From a virus (lineage: Duplodnaviria; Caudoviricetes): a stretch of DNA of 27,900 nt. The translations under genes and the position numbers were made by a program. The first letter of the stretch is position 1. Every line of letters begins with the position of its first letter. Below are positions 8,674 to 17,788 of this stretch, in pieces. Under the pieces are notes generated by a model, which had not been told where the DNA came from, searched no databases, and saw nothing but the letters and a program-made list of their open reading frames with translations. The DNA is taken from positions 1 through 27,900 of the IMG/VR virus record IMGVR_UViG_3300030202_000575; one strand, 5' to 3'.

Positions 8674-10425
8674 ATGAGCGAGTTAGTTTTTGATATAGAA
8701 ACTGATGGTCTAGATGCAACCAAGGTACACTGCATAGTTATTAAAGATATACATTCTAATGTAGTCTCAACTTACAGCGACACCAAACAATGCACTGGTA
8801 GTTTAAGAGAAGGCATCGATGCTTTGAATGCAGCGGTGTGTATTATTGGGCATAATATAATAAAGTATGACATCCCGCAGTTACTAAAGTTCTATCCAGA
8901 CCTTAGACCAAACAGGGTGTACGATACTTTAGTTGGGTCACGATTAATTTACCCAGATGTTTTTGACATCGACACTAAGTCAAAAGCTATTCCAACAAAA
9001 CTATGGGGTAGCCATTCACTGAAAGCGTGGGGGTTACGACTTGGTAATCCAAAACAAGAAATAGAAACTGATTGGTCAGTGTTCACACAAGAGATGTTGG
9101 ACTACTGCATACAAGATTGCCATACTACTCACTCTTTATTCAAACGTATGCTTGCTAAAAGATACTCAGAGCAAGCGATTAAATTGGAGCATGAAGTCTG
9201 TGAAATCATATCAAGGCAAGAACAATACGGTATCATGTTTGATACAGAAAAAGCGACAACACTATATGCAAAGCTATCATCCAAGAGAGAAGCGATTGCC
9301 CAAGAACTGCAAGAAGTGTTCCCACCCATCGAAATTCGTACAGAATTTATTCCAAAGGTTAACAACAAAACCAGAGGATATGTAAAGGGTGAGCCTTTTA
9401 CCAAGGTAACTCACACACAGTTTAATCCGTCATCAAGACAACACATTGCTGACAGGTTAAAAACTTTACACGATTGGAAGCCCAAAGAATTTACACCCGA
9501 TGGTTCACCCAAGGTGGATGACCGTGTGTTAAACCAGTTACCATTCCCCGAAGCCAAACTACTCGCTGAATATTTCCTCCTAGAAAAGCGACTTGGTATG
9601 TTGGGGGATGGTAAACAAGCTTATCTAAAACTAATGAAGGATGGTAGGTTGCATGGTTCTGTTAATACTAATGGAGCAGTGACAGGCCGTAGTACGGCAA
9701 GCAACCCAAACCTTCAACAAGTTCCTGCTGTCTATGCACCATACGGTAAAGAGTTCAGAGAATTATTTACTGTGCCCGAAGGCTACAAGATGGTTGGCGT
9801 TGACCAAAGCGGAATCGAAACTAGACTACTTGCCCATTATCTACATAAGCTAGACGATGGTGAGTATGCCAAGATAGTTTTAGATGGTGACATACATACT
9901 GCAAACCAAGAAGCTGCGGGATTAGAAAGTCGTGACCTAGCGAAACGATTTTTCTATTGTTGGCTTTACGGTGGTGGTGTTGGCAAGATTGCTGAAGTGA
10001 CAGGTAAGTCAAACAAAGAAGCAAAGCTTGTCAAAGAAAGATTTCTTAATCGTATGCCCGCTCTTGCAAAATTAATACAGCAAGTGCATTCGGCTGCGGA
10101 TAGGGGATACCTTGTCGGCCTTGATGGTAGACATATTAAAGTAAGAAATAAATTTTCATCACTCAATACTTTGCTTCAAGGAGCGGGGGCTTGTTGTGCC
10201 AAGCAATGGCTAGTCGAGTTTAACAGAGCCATACGACAGTATGATGATGTTACTCAATTGCTTTGGATACACGATGAGATTCAAATTCAAGTGCCTACAC
10301 ATTTGGCTGAAGAAGTCGGTCAGTTGGCGGTTGATTGTATTGACCGTGCAGGGAAACACCTAGGGATAAGGTTGCCTCTGGATGGTGAATATAAAATCGG
10401 GAACAACTGGAGCGAAACACATTGA
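8674..10425 (+). CDS. DNA polymerase family A with 3'-5' exonuclease (T7 gp5-like)
   Basis: FDIETDG, GHNIIKYD, YCIQD (Exo I-III); TGR...PNLQQVP; motif A VDQSGIETR; motif B RDLAKRFFYCWLYG; motif C IHDE. Confidence 0.98.
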   Translation: MSELVFDIETDGLDATKVHCIVIKDIHSNVVSTYSDTKQCTGSLREGIDALNAAVCIIGHNIIKYDIPQLLKFYPDLRPNRVYDTLVGSRLIYPDVFDIDTKSKAIPTKLWGSHSLKAWGLRLGNPKQEIETDWSVFTQEMLDYCIQDCHTTHSLFKRMLAKRYSEQAIKLEHEVCEIISRQEQYGIMFDTEKATTLYAKLSSKREAIAQELQEVFPPIEIRTEFIPKVNNKTRGYVKGEPFTKVTHTQFNPSSRQHIADRLKTLHDWKPKEFTPDGSPKVDDRVLNQLPFPEAKLLAEYFLLEKRLGMLGDGKQAYLKLMKDGRLHGSVNTNGAVTGRSTASNPNLQQVPAVYAPYGKEFRELFTVPEGYKMVGVDQSGIETRLLAHYLHKLDDGEYAKIVLDGDIHTANQEAAGLESRDLAKRFFYCWLYGGGVGKIAEVTGKSNKEAKLVKERFLNRMPALAKLIQQVHSAADRGYLVGLDGRHIKVRNKFSSLNTLLQGAGACCAKQWLVEFNRAIRQYDDVTQLLWIHDEIQIQVPTHLAEEVGQLAVDCIDRAGKHLGIRLPLDGEYKIGNNWSETH

Positions 10426-10811
10426 CAAAAACATATACTAATAAGTTCGACATCGATTTAAAATTTGGTGAAGAACGTGAGACTATGGTTGCCTCTATCT
10501 TAGGTGAATCAAAAGATAAGATTGAAGTTAAGACAGAGCGTGATTGGTGGCACAAGACAGGTAACATTGCTATTGAAATAGAATGCCGTGGTAAACCATC
10601 TGGCCTATCAGTTACCGAAGCTGACTATTGGTTTCACATACTAGCAAGGGGTAAATCAAACTACGCCATTATTATGTTTGAAGTACCCATTCTCAAAAAG
10701 ATTGTTGAGAAATTTCAAGACAACACAAAGATGATAGGCGATGGATGGCAGTCCAAGTGTGTACTCATCCCATTATCTGAAGTGTTTAAATCCGCAAACC
10801 TCGTAGACTAA
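10422..10811 (+). CDS. Hypothetical protein, possible PD-(D/E)xK nuclease fold
   Basis: IEVKTE motif followed by TGNIAIE...GKPSGL..TEADYW. TTG start overlaps the polymerase stop. Confidence 0.6.
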   Translation: MTKTYTNKFDIDLKFGEERETMVASILGESKDKIEVKTERDWWHKTGNIAIEIECRGKPSGLSVTEADYWFHILARGKSNYAIIMFEVPILKKIVEKFQDNTKMIGDGWQSKCVLIPLSEVFKSANLVD

Positions 10812-10823
10812 AAGGAAACTAAA

Positions 10824-11564
10824 ATGAAAAGAACACTGTTAATCGATGGTGACATCCTTGCGTATCAGTCGGCAGTCAAAGCTGAACAACCGATTAAGTG
10901 GGATGAAAACCTATGGACATTGCATTCATATACACCCGAAGCCATTAAGATGGTGGATGATGGTATTGATGCATTGAAGAAAAAACTAAAAGCTGATTCT
11001 ATTGTAGTGGCTATTACGGATACAAAGAACTTTCGTAAAGACGTACTGCCAACATACAAAGACAATCGTAAACAAAAGCGTAAGCCGTTAGTGCTTGGTG
11101 ATATGCGTAGCCATCTCATTAAGAAATACAAAGCCGTATTCTATACTGGCCTTGAGGCTGATGACGTACTTGGTATCTTGGCAACTAAGCCATCACCAAA
11201 TGAAAACATTATCTGTTCTATAGATAAAGACTTCATGGGTGTGCCATGTAACTATTGTCGTGATGGTGAAACGGTACAAACTATTTCACTGAACGAAGCT
11301 AATCACTTTCATATGATTCAGACTCTGACAGGTGACACTGTCGATGGGTACTCTGGCGTTCCTAAAGTTGGTGCAGTCACTGCTAATAAAATGCTGACTG
11401 ACAAAGATATGCCAGTAAAAGATATGTGGAAGATTGTTGTTAAGGCTTATGAGAAAGCGGGCATGGAAGAACGTGACGCTTTGCAACAAGCAAGGGTGGC
11501 CAGGATTTTACGCCACGGTGAATACAACAGAAAAACAGGTGAGGTAAAGCTATGGCAGATATAG
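10824..11564 (+). CDS. 5'-3' exonuclease (T7 gp6-like)
   Basis: LIDGDILAY, NFRK...YK.NR, LEADDVLG, SIDKD, TGDTVDGYSGVPKVG. Confidence 0.95.
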   Translation: MKRTLLIDGDILAYQSAVKAEQPIKWDENLWTLHSYTPEAIKMVDDGIDALKKKLKADSIVVAITDTKNFRKDVLPTYKDNRKQKRKPLVLGDMRSHLIKKYKAVFYTGLEADDVLGILATKPSPNENIICSIDKDFMGVPCNYCRDGETVQTISLNEANHFHMIQTLTGDTVDGYSGVPKVGAVTANKMLTDKDMPVKDMWKIVVKAYEKAGMEERDALQQARVARILRHGEYNRKTGEVKLWQI

Positions 11565-11866
11565 AACAACCTACCTTTGATTTTATAAAACCATTACCAG
11601 ACGATGCAGCAGAACGTAAAGCCATCCCTGTTTACACTGGTGTTATAAAATATTTCCCCAATGCTTTAGCGTGTGTTGCCAAGGTATCACTGAAAGGTGG
11701 ATTGCAACATGGTCAAACACCAGAGACATTGCATTGGGATAGAAGTAAATCTGGTGATGAACTCGATGCTATGATGCGACATATCCTTGATGAAGATTGG
11801 GGGCAAGTTGCATGGAGAGCATTAGCTAATTTAGAAAAACAAATAGAGAAAGGATATAAAGGATGA
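11552..11866 (+). CDS. DUF5664-like protein (dATP/dGTP diphosphohydrolase domain)
   Basis: RKAIPVYTGVIKYFPNALACVAKVS..G..QH, HWDRSKSGDELDAMMRH, VAWRALA. Confidence 0.7.
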   Translation: MADIEQPTFDFIKPLPDDAAERKAIPVYTGVIKYFPNALACVAKVSLKGGLQHGQTPETLHWDRSKSGDELDAMMRHILDEDWGQVAWRALANLEKQIEKGYKG

Positions 11867-13659
11867 GTCACGACAAATTAGAATACTACATTGAAATTGA
11901 CTACAGTCGTGATGAGTTAATCACGGAACAAGGAATGAAAGTGTTAAGGGATAGATATCTCTTGCCCGATGAGGGGTCACCACAAGATGCCTTTGCCCGT
12001 GTAGCCCGTACCTTTTCAGATACACCAGAGATGGCACAACGTATCTATGACTATGTGTCTAAGCTTTGGTTTATGTATGCCACACCTGTACTAACAAACG
12101 GCGGTACAAAAAAAGGTATGCCTATTAGTTGTTTTCTAAACTATGTACCCGATAGTCGTGAAGGTTTGACGAATCACTTCACAGAGAATGCTTGGCTTGC
12201 GTCAGTAGGCGGGGGCATTGGTGGCTATTGGGGTCACATTCGTTCAGACGGTGAGGCCACATCTGGTGGTTCACAATCGTCTGGTTCAATTCCATTTATG
12301 CACATCGTTGATTCAGAGATGCTTGCATTTTCACAAGGCAAAACAAGGAGAGGAAGTTATGCAGTCTATCAAGACATCAGCCATCCAGAGGTTGAAGAGT
12401 TTCTGGAAATTCGTAAACCCAGTGGTGGTGATATTCACCGAAAGTGTCTCAATCTTCATCACGGCATTAATATTACTGATGAGTTTATGCACATCATTGA
12501 TAAGTGTTCTAATGATAGGAACGCAGATGATACTTGGGAACTTATTGACCCTCATAGTGGGCGTGTTGTTTCTACTGTCTCCGCACGACAGCTATGGCAA
12601 AAGATTTTGGAAACAAGGGTGGCAACAGGCGAACCGTATATCTTCTTTTCAGACACGGTTAACGAAGGCTTACCACAAAGTCAAAGAACTATGGGTCTAA
12701 AGGTACACCAATCAAATCTGTGTACTGAAATTACCCTACCAACTAATGAGGAAAGAACTGCTGTTTGTTGTCTGTCTTCACTGAACATTGAGAAGTTTGA
12801 TGATTGGGAAAAAGACACAATGTTTATTCCCGATGTTATTAGATTTCTAGATAACGTCCTGCAATTCTTTATTGATAATGCACCAGACTCTTTAGCCAAA
12901 GCAAAGTATTCCGCTATGCGTGAACGAAGCATTGGCCTAGGGGCTATGGGTTATCATTCATATCTACAATCTAAAAACATTCCATTCGCTAGTGCGTTGG
13001 GTGCATCTAGAAACAATGTTATCTTTAGACACATCCACACACAAGCAATGGAAACTAATGTTGCCCTAGGTAAAGAACGAGGGGAAGCACCAGACATGGC
13101 GGGCACTGGACTTAGGTTTGCTAACGTCATTGCTGTTGCTCCTAATGCTACCAGTTCAATTATCTGTGGTGGTACTAGCCCATCAATAGAACCGTACAGA
13201 GCAAATGCTTATGTGCATAAAACTATGAGCGGTTCATTTTTGATGAAAAATAAATTTCTGCAAAAGCGTCTAGCTGAATTAGACATGGACACAGAAAAGG
13301 TATGGACAAGTATCATTGCCAAGCGTGGTTCTGTATTACACTTAGAAGAACTAGAAGATTGGGATAAAGAAGTATTTTCTACTGCCATCGAAATAGACCA
13401 GAACTGGTTAGTAGAAAAGGCAGCTCAACGGCAACCGTACATTTGTCAGAGTCAAAGTTTAAATATCTTTGTACCTGCGGATGTAGACATACGGGAACTG
13501 CATGACCTGCATATGAAAGCGTGGAGAAAGAAAGTTAAGACGCTTTACTATTGTCGCTCTGAAGCAATACGAAGAGCAGAAATAATCTCTAATAAAATAG
13601 AGCGTAAGAAACGGGATGACTACGTTGGAGAGTCAGACTGTATAATGTGTGAAGGATAA
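11863..13659 (+). CDS. nrdA: Ribonucleotide reductase class I alpha subunit
   Basis: ATPVL, PISCF, SNLCTEI (thiyl Cys), VCCLSS, APNATSS, QSQSLN, KTLYY and C-terminal CIMCEG. No obvious N-terminal ATP cone. Confidence 0.97.
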   Translation: MSHDKLEYYIEIDYSRDELITEQGMKVLRDRYLLPDEGSPQDAFARVARTFSDTPEMAQRIYDYVSKLWFMYATPVLTNGGTKKGMPISCFLNYVPDSREGLTNHFTENAWLASVGGGIGGYWGHIRSDGEATSGGSQSSGSIPFMHIVDSEMLAFSQGKTRRGSYAVYQDISHPEVEEFLEIRKPSGGDIHRKCLNLHHGINITDEFMHIIDKCSNDRNADDTWELIDPHSGRVVSTVSARQLWQKILETRVATGEPYIFFSDTVNEGLPQSQRTMGLKVHQSNLCTEITLPTNEERTAVCCLSSLNIEKFDDWEKDTMFIPDVIRFLDNVLQFFIDNAPDSLAKAKYSAMRERSIGLGAMGYHSYLQSKNIPFASALGASRNNVIFRHIHTQAMETNVALGKERGEAPDMAGTGLRFANVIAVAPNATSSIICGGTSPSIEPYRANAYVHKTMSGSFLMKNKFLQKRLAELDMDTEKVWTSIIAKRGSVLHLEELEDWDKEVFSTAIEIDQNWLVEKAAQRQPYICQSQSLNIFVPADVDIRELHDLHMKAWRKKVKTLYYCRSEAIRRAEIISNKIERKKRDDYVGESDCIMCEG

Positions 13660-13664
13660 AACAA

Positions 13665-14612
13665 ATGCCACTACAAGAAGAACGAACTCACTATAAACCT
13701 TTTGAATATCCGTGGGCTTTTGAAGCTTACGATACTCAGCAAAAAATGCATTGGCTACCTAGTGAAGTACCAATGATGGAAGATGTTAAAGATTGGAACT
13801 CACGCTTAACGAATGAAGAAAAGAATTTGGTAACACAGATTCTAAAATTCTTTACTCAAGGTGATGTCGATATTGCTCAAGCCTATCTTGATAAATACAT
13901 TCCAATGTTTAAACCACCCGAAGTAAGAATGATGTTGTCTGCGTTTGCAGCCAGTGAAGCTAACCATGCTCATTCTTATTCATTGCTTAACGATACAATT
14001 GGCTTGCCCGATTCAGAATACAAGGCATTCCAGGATTACCAAGCAATGGCTGACAAACATAATTATTTGTTTGAAGAACGTGGTGACAGTATTGAATCTA
14101 AAGCTAGAGACTTGGCAGTGTTCTCAGCATTTGGTGAGGGGCTACAATTGTTTGCCTCTTTCATTATGTTGTTGAACTTCCAACGCTTTGGTAAAATGAA
14201 AGGTATGTGCCAGATTGTAACTTGGTCAATACGAGATGAAAGCCACCATGTCGAAAACATGATTAAGCTTTTTCATACTCTTGTTGATGAAAACAAGCAC
14301 ATATGGACAGATGATTTTAAAGGTACACTTTATCAAATCTGTAGAGACATGGTTGAGTTGGAAGATAAATTTATTGACCTTGCTTTTGAGCAGGGTGGTA
14401 TACAAGGTTTGTCTGCCGATGAAGTTAAGATGTACATCCGTCACATTGCTGACAGGCGATTGTTGCAACTTGGCCTCAAGCCTAACTATGAAATAAAAGA
14501 TAACCCACTACCTTGGTTGGATTGGGTACTTAACGGAGTTGAACATACAAACTTCTTTGAGAACCGTGCAACTGAATATAGCAAAGGTTCAACAACGGGC
14601 TCTCTCTGGTAG
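13665..14612 (+). CDS. nrdB: Ribonucleotide reductase class Ia beta subunit
   Basis: HWLPSEV, FFTQGD, EANHAHSY (radical Tyr), GEGLQLF, RDESHH, NFFENRATEY. Confidence 0.97.
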   Translation: MPLQEERTHYKPFEYPWAFEAYDTQQKMHWLPSEVPMMEDVKDWNSRLTNEEKNLVTQILKFFTQGDVDIAQAYLDKYIPMFKPPEVRMMLSAFAASEANHAHSYSLLNDTIGLPDSEYKAFQDYQAMADKHNYLFEERGDSIESKARDLAVFSAFGEGLQLFASFIMLLNFQRFGKMKGMCQIVTWSIRDESHHVENMIKLFHTLVDENKHIWTDDFKGTLYQICRDMVELEDKFIDLAFEQGGIQGLSADEVKMYIRHIADRRLLQLGLKPNYEIKDNPLPWLDWVLNGVEHTNFFENRATEYSKGSTTGSLW

Positions 14613-14623
14613 AGAGCCTTATT
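14598..14623 (+). terminator. Perfect 8-bp hairpin overlapping the nrdB stop codon
   Basis: GGCTCTCT-CTGGT-AGAGAGCC followed by TTATT (weak U-tract). Confidence 0.5.
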
Positions 14624-14638
14624 ACTTCCCTTATTAGA
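14620..14638 (+). promoter_or_regulatory. Candidate phage-RNAP promoter for the structural module
   Basis: TATTACTTCCCTTATTAGA, 14/19 identical to 5757-5775, at the boundary between replication and morphogenesis genes. Confidence 0.5.
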
Positions 14639-14648
14639 AAGAAATAAA

Positions 14649-14837
14649 ATGGATGAATTACCTATAACTGTAGAAGAATTACTAGAAAAACTAAACGAAG
14701 TGTATCCAAGTGAACCTGCAAGTCTAAAAGATTCTGATAGAGAAGTATGGTTCAAAGCAGGACAACGAAGTGTTGTTGATTTTCTATTACTTTTAAAAGC
14801 TAGAGGTGACGAAAACATACTAAACAAAAGGAGTTGA
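14649..14837 (+). CDS. Small conserved phage protein (gp6.5-like position)
   Basis: LPITVEELLEKLNEVYP...VWFKAGQRSVVDFL, a pattern typical of the small gene ahead of T7-like structural modules. Confidence 0.75.
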   Translation: MDELPITVEELLEKLNEVYPSEPASLKDSDREVWFKAGQRSVVDFLLLLKARGDENILNKRS

Positions 14838-14839
14838 TT

Positions 14840-15076
14840 ATGTGCATGGGCGGAAGCAGTTCACCACCACCAACTCATCGTCAGTATGATTCCTCAAAGT
14901 ATTATAACGGCAATATATATGACCCAAAACCAGAACCACCGCCACAAGTATCTAATCAAAACAATAATGATTCTGGTAATGATAGCCCTAGCGGGGGCGG
15001 TACTATCGTCCAATCTAGCGGGTTAGAAGTTATTGATAACAAGTTTAACATGGATAACGGTTTGAACATTGTCTAA
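14840..15076 (+). CDS. Small Pro-rich putative virion protein starting MCMGG (gp6.7-like)
   Basis: AGGAG at 14829-14833 favours ATG 14840 over the track's TTG 14834. Low-complexity sequence, located upstream of the portal. Confidence 0.7.
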   Translation: MCMGGSSSPPPTHRQYDSSKYYNGNIYDPKPEPPPQVSNQNNNDSGNDSPSGGGTIVQSSGLEVIDNKFNMDNGLNIV

Positions 15077-15119
15077 CGTAAATAGACTATTAACAATTAC
15101 AAATAGAAGGAGAAGCAAT

Positions 15120-15338
15120 ATGTGTCTAGGAAGAAGCAGTCCTGCACCACAACCTGTAGCACCACCACCAGTATCTAGTGTTCAATCACCAGATGAGCAA
15201 GCACCAGAATTGGAAATTGCAGGTGAAGATGCAGCGGAAGTGGCCGCAAAGAAGAAAAAGAAAACTGGAACGAATATGCTACAAACTGATGTTAACACTG
15301 CGGGTGGCGTTAGTAACGTATCTATTCCAACAAGTTAA
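15120..15338 (+). CDS. Small putative virion protein starting MCLGR (gp6.7/7.3-like)
   Basis: AAGGAG just upstream of ATG 15120. Pro-rich N-terminus and KKKKKTG...L motif, immediately before the portal. Confidence 0.75.
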   Translation: MCLGRSSPAPQPVAPPPVSSVQSPDEQAPELEIAGEDAAEVAAKKKKKTGTNMLQTDVNTAGGVSNVSIPTS

Positions 15339-15348
15339 AGGTCGATAA

Positions 15349-16914
15349 ATGGAGTATTCAAATACCGCTATAAATGATAGTGCCGAAGGACGATATGAGA
15401 CAATGGCTCAATACCGTGAGCATTATCTAGATAGAGGTAGAGACTGTTCCGAACTAACCATCCCCCATGTAATAGTAGCTAGTGGTTTTGAATCATCTAG
15501 TGATTTGTATACGCCCTATCAAAGTGTAGGAAGTCGAGGTGTCAACAACCTTGCCAGTAAACTTTTACTATTGCTATTTCCCCCGAACCAACCATTCTTC
15601 CGATTGGCAGTTGATGGCAAAGCAAAAGCTGAAGCTGAAAACAATCCAGAAGTAAAGACACAGATAGAAAAAGTTCTAAGTAAAATTGAACGTGAAGTCA
15701 TGGGCAGAATTGAAACTGATGCCATGCGTGTACCAGTATTTGAAGCCCTTAAACATTTGTTGATTGGTGGTAACGTACTGTTGCACCTACCAAAAGATGG
15801 TAAGATGAAAGTCTACCCTCTAGACCAATACGTTATCAAACGTGATGACGGTGGAGCAATCCTGGAAATTGTAGTTAAAGAAAACATTTCTATAAAAGCA
15901 TTGCCAGATGAAGCACAAGAAATTGCATATGCACATATGTCTTCTGAAGATATTAAATCTACAGATGATTGTGATGTATATACACACATTTATAAATTGC
16001 CAGATGATAAATTTTATGTCTGTCAAGAATTACACGGTGTCAAAATACCGTCAAGCATTGGACAGTTTACGGAAGATAACTTTCCGTTTCTACCTCTGCG
16101 AATGATTTCTGTAGACAATGAAGACTACGGCAGGTCATATGTCGAGCAGTATATCGGTGACCTCAAGTCATTAGAAGGATTGTCAAGAAGTCTAGTTGAA
16201 GGAGCTGCGGCCAGTTCTAAAGTCGTGTTCCTAGTTAAACCAAATTCAAGCACAAAGAAACGTGACCTAGCGATGACTCGTAATGGTGATATCATTACAG
16301 GCCAAGCAGGTGATGTTGATGTACTACAAGCACAAAAGCATTATGACTTAGGTGTAGTAGAGTCAGCTATTGGAAAATTTGAACAGCGTTTGTCCTTTGC
16401 GTTCTTGCTAAACGCAGCCGTACAACGTGATGCGGAAAGAGTGACAAGCACTGAAATCAGATACATGGCAAATGAACTAGAGACTGCCCTTGGTGGTGTC
16501 TACAGTTTGTTGTCACAAGAATTACAATTACCTATTGTAAGATTGCTAATGCAACGAATGAGTAAGAAGGGTGAGATACCTAACTTACCAAAAGGTACGG
16601 TGAAGCCCACTATCATAACAGGTGTTGAAGCCCTAGGTAGAGGGAATGACCTCGAAAAACTCAGGGAGTTCACCGCAGAAATTGCACAGCTTGCCCAGAT
16701 TAATCCGCAAGCCGTGTCAATGCTAAACATTGGAGATTTAATCCAACGTATGGCGAACAGTCATGGAATAGATACTGAAGGCTTGATTAAGTCTGAAGAG
16801 CAATTACAGGCTGAACAACAACAGGCACAAGAGATGCAACAACAACAAATGATGGAGCAAACTGCCCAGTCTGTTGCACCTCAAGTGGCGAATAACTTAA
16901 CTAAACCACAATAA
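15349..16914 (+). CDS. Portal / head-tail connector (T7 gp8-like)
   Basis: PYQSVGSRGVNNLASKL, EDYGRSYVE, QRDAERVT, LGGVYSLLSQELQLP, TGVEALGRG. Confidence 0.97.
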   Translation: MEYSNTAINDSAEGRYETMAQYREHYLDRGRDCSELTIPHVIVASGFESSSDLYTPYQSVGSRGVNNLASKLLLLLFPPNQPFFRLAVDGKAKAEAENNPEVKTQIEKVLSKIEREVMGRIETDAMRVPVFEALKHLLIGGNVLLHLPKDGKMKVYPLDQYVIKRDDGGAILEIVVKENISIKALPDEAQEIAYAHMSSEDIKSTDDCDVYTHIYKLPDDKFYVCQELHGVKIPSSIGQFTEDNFPFLPLRMISVDNEDYGRSYVEQYIGDLKSLEGLSRSLVEGAAASSKVVFLVKPNSSTKKRDLAMTRNGDIITGQAGDVDVLQAQKHYDLGVVESAIGKFEQRLSFAFLLNAAVQRDAERVTSTEIRYMANELETALGGVYSLLSQELQLPIVRLLMQRMSKKGEIPNLPKGTVKPTIITGVEALGRGNDLEKLREFTAEIAQLAQINPQAVSMLNIGDLIQRMANSHGIDTEGLIKSEEQLQAEQQQAQEMQQQQMMEQTAQSVAPQVANNLTKPQ

Positions 16915-16924
16915 GGAAACATAA

Positions 16925-17653
16925 ATGGTAGAACAAACAACAATCAGTGAAGGTGTGACTACTTCTGAAAAACCAGAAGAAGTAACAGAGCAACCTTCCA
17001 GACCAGATTGGTTGCCAGAAAAGTTCTCTTCACCAGAAGACATGGCGAAAGCTTACGGTGAACTTGAGAACAAACTAGGTAAACCTGCGGAAAGCACAGA
17101 AAGTTCCGACACTGCTCAAGATAACCTTAATATAGATAAAGCGGAAGAAGCTGTTGAATCCGCAGGTTTATCTATGGAAAATCTTCAGCAAGAGTATGAC
17201 ACTAACGGTCAACTTGATGAGAAGTCATACGAGGCACTTGCGAAAGCAGGTATCACTAAAGATTATGTTGATGCGTTTATTAATGGTCAGCAAGCCCTAG
17301 CTAACCAACGGGCAGGAGAAATCAAAGGTCTAGTTGGTGGGCACGATAACTACACAGAAATGATGCAGTGGGCTAAACAAAATTTGAATGCACAAGAAAT
17401 TGATGCATACAATGTGACTGTCAATGGTCGTGACATTGAGCAAACTAAACTTGCTGTCATGGGATTACAGGCACGATACTCAGCAGCCGAAGGAGTTGAA
17501 CCGAATCTAGTTAGAGGACGTTCAGCGGGTGAAGCCAAAGGTGGATTCCGTTCTTGGGCTGAAGTGACTACGGCTATGAAAGACCCTAGATATCAAACTG
17601 ATGAAGCATACAGGACAGATATCCAAACAAAGATAAGTAATAGCCAACTTTAG
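16925..17653 (+). CDS. Capsid assembly scaffold (T7 gp9-like)
   Basis: RPDWLPEKF...AYGELE, acidic composition, C-terminal AMKDPRY..DEAYR. Lies between portal and capsid. Confidence 0.92.
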   Translation: MVEQTTISEGVTTSEKPEEVTEQPSRPDWLPEKFSSPEDMAKAYGELENKLGKPAESTESSDTAQDNLNIDKAEEAVESAGLSMENLQQEYDTNGQLDEKSYEALAKAGITKDYVDAFINGQQALANQRAGEIKGLVGGHDNYTEMMQWAKQNLNAQEIDAYNVTVNGRDIEQTKLAVMGLQARYSAAEGVEPNLVRGRSAGEAKGGFRSWAEVTTAMKDPRYQTDEAYRTDIQTKISNSQL

Positions 17654-17788
17654 TTGTGCGACACTTATGTGTGGCAACTGCCAGAACGACAAAGAAAGAC
17701 CTCTTGAGGGAGACAATCTGGAATTAAGTGAAGGCGTTAAGTCTCTAAATAAACTTAAATCTAACAATCTCAAGAAGGAGAATATACT

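Noticed and set aside
12218-12700. 160-aa alternative-frame ORF inside nrdA
   Set aside because: Fully nested, TTG start, no recognisable motif. Likely a by-product of codon bias.
8674-14612. Introns or inteins in polA or nrdAB
   Set aside because: The ORFs are continuous and compact, with no intein termini or homing-endonuclease motifs.
15069-15119. Track N-terminal extension of the MCLGR gene
   Set aside because: A strong AAGGAG lies just before ATG 15120, and the extension translates that SD region.
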